DNA of 64,000 nt, from the NCBI GenBank assembly GCA_051362555.1, contig CM120641.1:21390001-21454000 (forward strand), written 5' to 3'. The position numbers and the translations under genes are program-made. This DNA comes from Lingula anatina. Lineage: Eukaryota; Animalia; Brachiopoda. The notes beneath the pieces were generated by a model, which was not told where the DNA came from, searched no databases, and saw only the letters and a list, made by a program, of their open reading frames with translations. Positions 1 through 17,000 of this stretch are shown here, piece by piece. Numbering within the stretch: the first letter of the stretch is position 1; every line of letters starts with the position of its first letter.

Positions 1-4784
<4,784 letters not shown>

Positions 4785-5247
4785 TCAGCACGTATCATCT
4801 TCAGTCATCACAGTCAATAACAGATGGTACACAGCCTTCTAACTTACGAGGATCAATTAAACGCGCGAACAAAAATAAATCACTTGAGAGATAATTATAT
4901 ATTCAAACATTATTTTTTTATTACAATTTTTACTCTGAGCACGTGCACTTGAGTGATGTGTTTAAACTTATACTCAATACGTATTACGAATGTCGTAAAG
5001 TGACATTTATTAAGTATAAAATTTTCATGACATCCATGGTATTAATACGCGCAAAAGGTAATAAAGGTGGCGCTTGTGTCTGAATTTTTACAGAGCCACA
5101 CAATGAATGTAAGTTATGTTTTCGTATTCATTCAATTGTGCTACAGAAGCCGACACATCAAGTCATAGAAGTAGAGAGTTTATCGCTTGTACACCTATCA
5201 CAGTGAGAACACCACGGGAGGACCAACAATTCTCACATAAGTTGAAC

Positions 5248-5276
5248 CAAGGAGTTATAACTGTTATAACTCCTTG
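5248..5276. mobile_element. 29-bp palindromic mini-insertion with 7-bp direct-repeat flanks
   Basis: CAAGGAGTTATAAC-T-GTTATAACTCCTTG flanked by GTTGAAC at 5241-5247 and 5277-5283. Confidence 0.6.
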
Positions 5277-6194
5277 GTTGAACATGCATGCACTAAATTA
5301 AATGAAAAAGGAAAAAGAATCAGCTCGATCCTGATGGTATGCCAGAATAAGTTAATAAAGTTCTAAAGTAGGCCTCCAGAGAGACAACAAAGTTTATGAA
5401 CGCCATCGATCTGGAGAAATGGAAGGCATGAAGAAATCCGTAGAGGGCCTTTTCCTAAAAAAAAGATTATAAACAACACAGAACACCTGACAAAAGTTTG
5501 TCTCCGCATCATTAGCCTATGAAAAGAATAAAAAATTAACTAAACCCAGAAATTGCCAAGTAACATGTTTGTTGTCCGTTCTCATACTGAGTTTACATCC
5601 TGCGATACATGTACGTTACTTATATAATTAATATCTTTCAGCTTTTTACAACATCCGTTAAGCCAAAACCAAATCTTCTTGTATATTGCGTTAAAATTTC
5701 GTCTGTTCACTCGGACAGACTTGGTCACAACTGAATTACCTGTACTATATATATATATATATATACATGGTATATATATACCAACATTGTAAAAATATCC
5801 AGGTAATGACCGTAGCAAAAATGCCAGGCATATAAAGATGTTGAAGACACATTATCCATTTAACAAATTTGAAATAATTTTTTCAATTTTTGAAACCAAA
5901 GTGAATATATATTGCAAGTAAGTGAGACACATCCAAATGGTTGATGAAAGCTATGGTTTAATGTTAGATAGCAGTTTTAGTACTTTTTCAAGACTTTTTT
6001 TGGATTGTATTTGGAGCATTTGAAACCTCTTTCTCAATTAACCATTATAAGCATTGCTCTGTTGATGACTTTTTCTTATTTCACAACTGATCCTTCAGTG
6101 GTTTAGACTACCCAAGGTATACTGGTATCTACATATAAGCCATATAAAACCTGCAAAAATGTGCATACTGTCCATAAATGAACATTTGAATGCA

Positions 6195-9100
6195 TCACTG
6201 CCAAACATTTATCACTCCTCCAAAACTTGCAACAGCAATGGTGCTGAACAAAACTGGGTGGCAAGCAACGTCAATACAAACATCAGCTCCGATGTCTATT
6301 GATCTGATTAGCTTAGAAGTTATATAACTGTAAAAGTAAATGTTTCTTGATGAACTGCCACTAACAAGAAGGGAGCCATCTTTAGTGAAGTCACATCCTA
6401 TGGGATATCCCTCCACCTAGAAATAATGAAAAAATATATTTTTAATGAACAAATCATTTGAGTGAAATCTTATATGTCAATGAAATTGATAGAACAAGTG
6501 CTTGTCACAAAGGGAATCAAAAATAATTGTCACTATTCAAAAACAAAAGGCAAAATTGGGACACATGAGGACTGATTATTCTTTGAAAATATCAAAACAC
6601 AATCATGATTACCAATATAAGCTTTACATATTATGTAACAGCTGTATGTACAATGTAAAACTTAACAAGCAGAAAAATCTTGCCAGTAAATAGACATTCA
6701 TTTACCTTATGCCCTTCAAATCGTTTAGAACGGTCCAGTTTGTATGGTCTCAAGGTTGAAAATAATGCCAAATAATTTCCCTGAGTTTGGGCAACAAAAT
6801 TACTACCTGAGGGATGAACTTTCAGTCTAGTGCAGGTGTAACGTTCCTGAAATAAGTAAATCATCTCCAGAGATGTGTATATTTGTATTTATCTAAATCA
6901 AATAAAACATACTGTTTTCTATCAAAATCCAAGAACCCATCTCTGTTAATTCATTTAAATTTTAATCACAATAACAATTTTAAAAACTAATTTCGAAATT
7001 CTTCATTTCTTAAAACAAGAAAAAAAAAATATATATATATATATATATCCATCAATACATATCATTCAATTAACATTCCTCTCATTATCAGTAAACAATG
7101 AGTTAAGTCAAAAACAAACATTTAAAAAGGACGGTTTCTTAGAATAAATCTTTGCACTTATAATTTACCTGGTAAATCTGGTTTGACAAAACCACACCCT
7201 TTTTAAAATCCCAAGCCATGACATTCCTGTCACAAGAATCCCTGCTAACAAGATCATTACAAGTAAAGAACTGACTCCCATCTGGCATGAACTCTAGGTC
7301 CTGAACCTGAAAAGCAACAAAATTGAGGTACTCAGCAAAAAGGCAAATATTTCCCCCATTTTTCTTCACAATTTTATCAATAAATTGAATAATATCTGAA
7401 AACATTTAACAGGCATTCTAAATTCTTCAATAAAAAAAAGAACATGCATACACATGCATAACATGCAAATAGATATTAAAGTGATTTTCTAACAAGAGCT
7501 ATGAAACCAATTATTATCATTCTTTTTAACAAAATAATTTTACAGGTGCACCATAATAAAGGTATTTTATCTCACTTTCCTCATCTTGTTTACAGGACAA
7601 TTTTTTGACAGATGCAGGGAAGGTGGTGGAAGGGTTCTATCATTCATGGGCCCTTGATTGCCAATGATCATACTAGTAATTGTGTTATTCCACTATTGTC
7701 AAACACTTACCAGACCAAATCCCCCTGTGTAGGTGTATTTCCTGATTGGTGCTGTGCCACTCCTAACATCCCAACAATAAAGAGCATTAGCTGATCCAGT
7801 GACAAACTGGTTTGAGTCTATGGGGTGATATTTTATACACAGAACAAAATCTGGATGTTCAAAAGTATTCAGTTCTATCCCTGAAATAATTTAAAGATCC
7901 TCTTATGTAAATTTATACTAGGACATGTACAACAGTTCACTAAAAAGTCTAAATATTAATGTAGAATAAGAAACTCTTTTTCATAGCATAATTCATCACA
8001 TTACGCATTAAATTAATACGTATGTATTAGGTAGAATTTTGATCAACAAAGCAATCATAACAATTGTCACTACTAGGCAAATTCATTCAAAAATGTGAAT
8101 TATTATAAGAACCAACTTTTAGTACATGTATATTAGTTTTTTTTTGTTACCATTTACTCCATGTAGTACTAGTACCTTTTTCCACATCCCAAACTTTAGC
8201 ACACCTATCATATCCACAGCTGATGACTTGATATCCTGAGTTATGCCAAACTGCATCTTTTACAGCTTTAGAATGCCCATGCAGTGTCCTCACACTACTG
8301 GACTCCTGAGAAAATGCATTCCATATCTTCACAGTTCTATCCATAGATGAAGAGAGAAGTAAGTGGCTATGTTGTTCACTACACCATTTGATCCTGTTGA
8401 CTCCCCCAGTGTGTCCCTGAAGTAACTTTATTCTTTGACGTGGAATGTGACACTCTCTTTTACTATTCAAATAAGGTGCAATTTTATGATGCACATAATA
8501 TACCTTGTCTGTATATTTATCTTGGAAAAATTCATCATTAAATGTAGATGGTTTTGGTGCTTCCTTTAACTTCATGACCTTTTTATCACAAACTAGAGTC
8601 TCAATATCTAGAGACCTTTTGTGAGATTTGGAACTCCATATGCTAACATTACCTTGTTTATTCAATTCCCTTTGCTTGTTTGGAAAACATGTTGTTTCTA
8701 TATTTTCAGGAACACACGGAGAAGATTGCTCAACAACTCGCAAATTAGAACTTTTGCCTCTCCAAAACCGTGACTGAGGTAGGTCATTCTTATCAAGCAG
8801 CTCATACTGACCAGGCATACCAACTGATCCAATTGTACCTGAATGACCATGGGCTACATTGTCATTGTCAGAGTCACTACTGTCACTTTCCTCTAAAATA
8901 AAATATTTAGAATTAGGTGTTTGGTTTTTTAGTTGTTCTTCTGTCTTGTCTTTATTGGTAGAGGTTATAATATCGGATCTCTGGGCGGTATTGCTACTGT
9001 ATGGAGTAATGAAGTCGGCTGTATGTCTGTCCAGACTCTCCATAGTACTGTTATCTTTCAAACGTGGTTTGCTAACGTTCATTTGACTCTGCAGTTGCAC

Positions 9101-9211
9101 TGCCTCTGACTGAAAATGTTGAACTACATGTCCATCACCTTGCAGCTGAAGTTCAGCAGAGTGATCATGAGCCTCTTCATCTGAACTGCCGTACTCCGTT
9201 ATGTGATCCAT
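6195..9211 (-). CDS. WDR25: WD repeat-containing protein 25 (~568 aa, 5 coding exons)
   Basis: Exons 9211-8176, 7880-7711, 7306-7169, 6846-6706 and 6416-6195 (TGA); 1707 nt, phases consistent. Long low-complexity N-terminus starting MDHITEYGSSDEE, then WD40 repeats (GHTGGVNRIKW...LLSSSMDRTVKIWN; GHSKAVKDAVW; LSNQIYQERYTC; RFEGHKVEGYPIGCDF). Head-to-head with WARS. Confidence 0.9.
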
Positions 9212-9582
9212 ATTTGCAATCAAACAGGTAAAACTTTTGTATTTTCCGCCGATGTCTTAATAGCCCAATAGCTCTGCCCGATAAGATACAGCGAAGACAT
9301 TTTGCAGACTAGTTGCTGTTGTTTACATGACCCGTCTCTCCACGTGCTGCTTCCGCTTCCGGTAAGCTCATGTGTCACTTCCTGCTGACGAAAGTGTGGT
9401 TCAACACTCGGACAGATTTCCAGTATAAACATTGAATGAGAACTGCCAAACGCTTCATAGATAACTTGCTCAACTTGATATTGACTATTTGATCTTTTGA
9501 TTGATGCTGAAGACACAATTTTCTGGAGAATAACAAATCCAAAGCGCTTGAATATATTATAAGACCTACGTGTGGTAGATCA
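9212..9582. promoter_or_regulatory. Bidirectional promoter / 5' UTR region shared by WDR25 and WARS
   Basis: Only 371 bp between the divergent ATGs; locally CpG-rich. E-box CACGTG 9341-9346, tandem ETS/GABP-type CTTCCGCTTCCGG 9350-9362, CACTTCCTG 9376-9384, half-CRE TGACG 9386-9390. Confidence 0.75.
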
Positions 9583-10589
9583 ATGGCTGATAGTGATAGA
9601 GAAAAAGCTGCAAACGGCATGGCAAATTTAACGGTTGGCGATGGAACTTCGGACGTTAAAGTAGAGGAGTCAGAGGATTTTGTTGATCCATGGAACGTAA
9701 CCAGTTCTTCTGCCAAAGGGATAGATTACGATAAATTGATAAGTATGTTCGAATTCCCTACTAGATTTAAAATTGTTAAACAGATTCACTGTGGATACGG
9801 AGTTGCCAAAGCTTTAATGCCCGTTTAATCATTTTTGTTTTTGCAGCGTTTCTTACAATCAGTATGGTTTGGTTGTGGTTTATAACTTATCTTTAATGTA
9901 TTCTTCATATCCAGAGAAGTTTGGTAGCTCAAAGATTGATGATTCCCTGATTGAAAGATTTGAGAAGATCACAGGAAAGCCAGCACATCATTTTCTGAAG
10001 AGAGGGATATTTTTCTCCCACAGGTTAGTATAAGCACAGAATTCATACATTAACACTTCTGTTAACAATTTTGATATCTACACTGTAAGCTAGCACAGCC
10101 AATGTATATCAGAATCGTCAATAGGAAAGCTAGCGAATGAATTTCGTGCTAATTAAGGTTAATATCTGCAGCAGGAAATAAAGAGTGATCCTCTTTAGGG
10201 ATTTCCATTTCTCAATCAGAATCTGATAAGGAAATTTTAAGCCACAGTTTTAGGATAATTAGAATAGTGGCATTATGACAATTATCAATTGATAACATTT
10301 GCCAAACCTTGAGTTACAAGCATGTTGCAACTAGTATGTTTTTCTGTGTAACAGTTACATTTTCATCAGTTGTTTAACCATTATGATGGCTGTTATTACT
10401 CGGTAATGAGTTCATTCATTCATGCTTACAGGGATGTCCACCAGGTGCTAAATCTATATGAGCAGGGAAAGCCATTCTTCCTGTATACTGGTAGAGGTCC
10501 ATCATCAGAGGCTATGCATTTAGGGCATCTTATTCCATTCATTTTTACAAAGTAAATTCTCTCTTTATCTTTCTCTATCTCTCGCTCAT

Positions 10590-10636
<47 letters not shown>

Positions 10637-10803
10637 CAGCTGTTATGTTTCTAATGTTAACTTAGATATTTTAAATGCCATCTTATCTAGATACACGTAT
10701 TCTGGTAGAGGTCCATCATCAGAGGCTATGCATTTAGGGCATCTTATTCCATTCATTTTTACAAAGTAAATTCTCTCTTTATCTTTCTCTATCTCTCGCT
10801 CAT

Positions 10804-10840
<37 letters not shown>

Positions 10841-13125
10841 CAGCTGTTATGTTTCTAATGTTAACTTAGATATTTTAAATGCCATCTTATCTAGATACAC
10901 GTATTCATTCTCTTTTATGAATACTTAATTTTTGATTTTAAAAATGATAATTAGAGACAAATCGTGCCAATGATAAAAAACAAATAACGTGCCTCATAAA
11001 ACTACAATGTTTTATGTTTTTAGGTGGTTACAGGAAGTTTTTGATGTGCCTCTGGTCATACAGCTCACAGATGATGAAAAATTCTTCTGGAAAGATATGA
11101 AACTAGAAGAAGCTCAAAGACTTGCTTATGAAAATGTGAAGGATATCATTGCTTGTGGTTTTGATGTGACAAAGACTTTCATATTTAGTGATCTGGACTT
11201 TATCGGGTAATTTTTTTTTTTTCTTTTTTGCAAACCAAGATTTTATGACATTTTTCCTTTAGTTTAGGAAAATAACATGAATTTGGAAACTTGGGTTTTA
11301 TTTTTACCTATGAAGATGTCAGGCCCAAAAAAAATGCATGTGGCTGTGAGGTGAATCGTATATCAGATGTTTGATTTCAAGGTTTGATAATGAGGTGCAT
11401 TTGAATCATGTGTAATTATTTGTTATTCCAGTCAGTGTCCAGCTTTTTACCAAAACATGGTAAGGATACAGAGGTGTGTGACATTCAATCAAGTGAAAGG
11501 AATATTTGGTTTTGATGACAGTACTATCATTGGCAAAATTAGTTTCCCAGCCATTCAAGCAGCACCATCATTCAGTTCATCATTTCCATTCATATTTAAT
11601 GGGAAAAAAGATGTTCACTGTTTGATTCCATGTGCTATAGACCAGGTAAGTGAAATTAAAACCTATTTATTGTGATCAAAATATTTTCTAATATTGATAC
11701 TCGATTTATTTCATTCTGGCAAAGAAATAAAACTGTTGATTTAATATTTGTTATAAATCAAATAAATTAATGGAAAAAGGTCTAAAAAATTCAGTAGGAA
11801 ACACACAATGTGAACTTTCTGCCTGTGACTTTTATATTGTATAAAAATGTAGTTCTTTAGTCTATTTCTCTGTAGGATCCTTACTTCAGAATGACCCGAG
11901 ATGTGGCACCAAGACTAGGACTCCCCAAACCAGCTCTGCTGCATTCTTCCTTCTTTCCAGCTTTACAAGGGGCTCAGACAAAAATGAGTGCTAGCGATCC
12001 AAATTCATCAATATTTCTTACGGACACTGACAAGCAAATTAAGACCAAAGTGAGTTTAAGAGCTAGTCAGAAACTTACACCAGTTCATATGAGATGTTGC
12101 TAGGTGTAATTTTTATTTAGAAATGAGCCCCTGTTAAATAAGAAGCTTAAATAAGTTATTGGCTCTGATTCATGGATTAAAACATTGATTTTCTGCCTCT
12201 GGAGATTATTTAAACATCTTCCCAATTACAAATTTGAAATTTTATTCACAGTTTTGGTTCAGACAGATTGGTATTTGTTTCATATCAATTGTACACAAAA
12301 TGATTATACATCTCTTCTTATTTCTATGTTGAAACATGAACATGACAAGTTCTGTTTCTATTATGATTTTGTTTTTCATTATGTATTGTGCATTCCAGAT
12401 CAACAAATATGCTTTCTCAGGTGGTGGGGCCACAATAGAGGAGCACAAAGCCAATGGAGGAGACTGTGATGTGGATATATCCTACCAGTACCTCAGGTTC
12501 TTCTTGGAAGATGATGAAAGACTTGACAAAATAAGACAGGTAACATACAGTAGGGTTGATTTATTTATTAATTTGTTGTTCCCATAGATATTTCTTTTTG
12601 AAAGCTGCTTTTTATGTATATAATGTTATTACTGTTTGGAGCACACTACTGTTATAGTGAAGTGACTGTGGCCTTATGTCCCACGCGGGACGAAGAGCAA
12701 TGATGACTGTTATAGTGCATGATGCACAGTTCTTGAAACTGATTATGAAAACACTATTACCTCTTTAACCACTTGCCTAGTCTAGTTGCAGTACATTTTA
12801 AGTATTTTATATAATACAGAAGCTGTCCACATCTATACTTTTAAGGATTTTGACAGAAGTATTTTTTGAATGAAATGTGAATTTACATCTGTCAGTTTAA
12901 TCTGGTTCAGTTCACTTGATTTCTGGGAGTTTTTAAAGTTGTGTTAACTTATCTCTTACATTCTAGGACTATACCAGCGGAGAATTGTTGACTGGATACT
13001 TGAAGAAAGAATTGATAGAATTATTGCAGCCTCTTGTCAGGGCTCATAAAGAGAGACGACAGAAAATCACAGATGAACAGATTAAAGAATTCATGACATT
13101 AAGAAAGTTGAAGTTTGACTATTAA
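9583..13125 (+). CDS. WARS1: Tryptophan--tRNA ligase, cytoplasmic (~419 aa, 8 exons)
   Basis: Exons 9583-9742, 9915-10023, 10432-10551, 11024-11206, 11432-11645, 11876-12049, 12399-12539 and 12967-13125 (TAA); 1260 nt. Motifs [31 protein letters not shown] (HIGH), CAIDQDPYFR and KMSAS (KMSKS). No N-terminal WHEP domain seen. Confidence 0.97.
10488..10906 (+). repeat. Tandem duplication (~210 bp) of the 3' half of WARS exon 3 plus donor site and (CA)n
   Basis: Copy 1 is 10488-10701 and copy 2 is 10702-10906. They are identical except for (CA)n length. Confidence 0.93.
12660..12705 (+). mobile_element. 5'-truncated non-LTR retroelement 3' end (RTE-like) with 12-bp TSD
   Basis: ACTGTTATAGTG direct repeats at 12648-12659 and 12706-12717 flank GGCCTTATGTCCCACGCGGGACGAAGAGCAATGATG, which has a GTCCC/GGGAC stem-loop and an (ATG)n tail. 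Confidence 0.65.
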
Positions 13126-13569
13126 TTAGTGTTTTTCAATATAGACTTTAAAATGTCATAGTCACACCAGGAGAAATAGATGGTTTGAAGAAAGGAAAAA
13201 ACTACAAGCTTGTACATGTTTGTATGTATTTGATTTTTCCTATTATTTATTTTTTGTACTTCTCTTAACTCCAGACATATCTGTTAAGGGATCTAAATGA
13301 GATACAAACTTTGAGGTCTGGAAATATTTAAATGCTGTAAAATTGTCCATGACAATGATCCCTCTTCAGCAATCTTTAAATATGCCCTAACTGGCTAGCA
13401 CATTTAAATATACCATGAAGGATTATGTAGAAAAATTGAAAATGCTTCTTGATGTTTGAAATCGTGCTTACAGGGGCATAAGAAAATACTATTAAAATGT
13501 CTCTTAAACTCATGAAAAACTTGCATGAAATTCAAGGAAACATTTACAAGAGATCATTTGTAAAATCTG

Positions 13570-13575
13570 AATAAA
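13570..13575 (+). terminator. Candidate polyadenylation signal of WARS
   Basis: AATAAA about 445 nt after the stop codon; further copies near 13856 and 13967. Confidence 0.4.
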
Positions 13576-14063
13576 AATTACTGAAAACTGATACATGCAG
13601 TACCTTATGAAATGATTGTTAAACCAGGGTGATGTCATTTGCAAATTGTATAAGACGTACCATTTTTTACCATCACTACCAGATTTTTTTCTTTAATGCC
13701 TGCTTAAATTTGAAAATGGCCCCTATTTCATTGATTTCATGAAGGGGAAATCTAAGATATACCAATTTGGTAACCAGGTAATAAATTATCATTTACAAAT
13801 GTATTGGGTGCAATGACATTAAGCTTATTCAAAAAATGATACTTTGTGGATTTAAAATAAAAGATCACAAAAATGTTTTATCACATTCAGATGTAAAAAT
13901 AATTTGCATTGTCATTAAAAAATGTAAAAGAATTAATGTACTTGCCTACTAAATATAAGTATGAATAATAAAGTGGCAGTTAAAATTACAAAATCTTTAA
14001 ATATCCAATTAAAGCATTAAAATTTATTGTCTCTACGGCTTCTTATCCTAAAATGAATTTTCG

Positions 14064-17000
14064 TTAAAACCCTATTGGGATTCCATCTGCCCTTGGATCA
14101 GTCCCTGCCCACAAAACGCTGCTGTCGTCTGCTACGTCACCTGACCTGTCATCTGCCCACCAAGCTCCTCTTGTGATCACATGACCTCGACCAAAGAGAA
14201 AACGGTCATAGCCATAGACAGGACCTTTAATTTCGTGCCCCATAGCCTTAAGCTGCTGAAGCACAGGATCTGGAACACCATCTTCAAATGAAACTGGACT
14301 CACAGCACTATAAATAAAAGATATATTGATGACATGGTTAACAAAATATGCCAGTGCTAAGCAAATGTATGGAATATATGTGTAACCATGAAGTAAACGT
14401 AATTGTAGTTTTATCAATATTGATTGCTCTCCAAAACGGCTTTTAAGCAATTTATACACATATCAAGAAAAAGTACAAAAATTAACATATAAGAAATAAT
14501 ATTACGGCATTTTGACAGTACAACAAAGACTGGTACATTGTGGGTAATAAGGAGAATAAAGAATGGTGCCTTACCCTTTTGTCAAAGGATCTATGCAGAA
14601 CCTGGGTTTGTTCAGTGCTTCCTGGGGATTCATACCAAACTCCAGCATGTTAAGGAGTACCTGGACCTGACCCTGTGGCTGCATAAATCTGCCCATTACT
14701 CCATAGTTCATCAAAAGCTCACCTGAAATATATCAGAGACTCACATAAAAGACTTACTGGGAAATGTAGTTGTAAGATATAGGCAATGGAAGTTCTAGAA
14801 GAAAATAAGAACTGTTACTGCATGAGCCCAACCATGTGCTATGCATAGCCCACAAAACATGAAGCCTGTTAAATATTGAGACAAAATCAAACATTCATGG
14901 ATCAACTCCTACCATTTACTTTAACTACCATGAATCCTACATAGATACATTAAAATAAATGGGCAAATTTAACTTTTGTAGTGACTACTGAAAAATCAAC
15001 TGGTAAATCCAATTCTTACCTGTATCTGGAGAGGTAACAATAGCAGGGATAATGGTGTGGTAAGGTCTCTTGCTAGGACCAATCACATTGGGGTGAGAGG
15101 GCTCATAGGAAAAGTTTAGTCCTCTGTTCTGAATATTGGGCATAAAGAAGTGGATTTTGGTCTTAATTAAATACACAGACCTTTCACTTAACACCAATAT
15201 GTCATTTTTTAAACATTTTTCATTTTCAGTTTAACAAGTAAATATCAACATTCTTGGATGAACATTATTTGCATTTTAGAATTTAGAATTAATCCTTTCT
15301 ATGAATGTATCATGATACTACTTAAACCAAATAGGAAATAAAATAATTCCATTTAGGCAAATTTTGTAATGAGCAATTACAGTCCTTTTTTAATGCACTT
15401 AAGTTCTGGGAAGTACTTAAACCATTTAAAATGTATGTGCATTTTCCAGTCATAATTATTCCACTCATACTTTACATGACAATGAAATAGTCAAATGTGG
15501 TCAAGGAAAAGTCTATAGTTATCGAATAAACATAGAAATGTACCTGGTGATTGAAATAAATAGAACTGCAGGAGTCTGCAGAATGTTGAGGGGATGACCA
15601 ATTTCACTTGTATTTTTTAAGATTATATTTATCAATCTATATATATTTATTTCTATGAGGATAGGGCATACAAATATGCATCATACATAAACTTACATGC
15701 AATGTGAAACCACAGCCTTCTGGAACTAGTCCTGTGCCAAAGCCTTGATAATTACTGTTGATGAAAGAGCAAGCATTGCCTTGGCTGTCAACCACTGAGA
15801 AGTACACTGTGTCACTGCACATCTCAGGAGACCCTCTGAGGCACTCTGGCATCACCCTGAAAGTGTATTTATATACTTATTTATATAGAAAATGTTTTAT
15901 ACTTACAAGTGGAACATAACAAATGAAGTCAAAAAGCTTTTCTTACTTATCCTTGCACATAAGATTTCTTCTTTTGGCAGCATAGTCTTTGGCTAACATC
16001 CCCTTAACTGGCACATGGACACAACTGGGATCTGCATTGTAGCTTAAGCTGTCAGCAAAAGAAAGACGCAGTGCCTCAATCAGTGTGTGTAAGTATGGTG
16101 CTGTGTTATGACCCATGCCTAAAGAAATGGAAAGTGTTATCAGAAAGCAAGAGAAAAGAGAGATGACAGTCAACATTAGGAAGCTGGATGCAATGGCTTT
16201 GTCAGAAATTTTTAATTCTTGTCTTATAACCGCTACCTTAGGAAAAAGAAACTGTTTGTACATGCATGTCTGTTTTGTGTGCGTTTAAGAGAGAGAGAGA
16301 GAGAGACGTAAAGCGGGAGAGAGAGAACTATTGACAAACGTGTGAGCTGCTTTTACAAATACGTAGCTAATGTTTCAACAAGAACAATAACAAACAAAAC
16401 TAAGCTATCTGCTTACGGCTTACTTTTTAAGTCAAACTCTTCCAAAATGTTTAGTGCCATCAGTGCAGTAATTCCTTGTCCATTGGGAGGCATTTGCCAG
16501 GCTCTCACTCCCTTATAGTCTACATATATGGGTTCATCAAATGTTGTCTCATGACTAGCCAGATCTTCCAAAGACATAAGACCTCCAAATTTCTGAACAA
16601 CATCTACAATGGCTTCAGCTATTCTGCCCTTGTAGAATCCTTCTTTTCCCTTAGCAACAAGCTCCTAAATAAATCAAATAATATTTAAGGAAAGAGGAAG
16701 ATAGTTCAGCCTAAGTTCGACAAACAATTTCCTGTAAAAACTGCTATGTATGGCTTGGATAAAAATACATCTCTCACTTTCAGTTCTATTTTCTCAAACC
16801 TATCCACAGTAATTCAGTTCAGTTTTAACTTTAAGCTTTATTCAGCTTAATTGTCTGGCATACCCCCCTCGCAAAGCAACATGAACAATATGGTGGACCA
16901 CAAAGTTTTCCCCGACTTTATCCAAGAAGTTGTGAGGGGGCATGCCAGACATTAAAGCTGGTTATATTAAATGCAATTTAACAAGAATCTCCTGAGGAGT

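Noticed and set aside
9220-9716. Antisense ORFs 9220-9516 and 9375-9716
   Set aside because: They overlap the promoter and WARS exon 1 on the opposite strand, have no recognisable domain, and are best explained as shadow ORFs.
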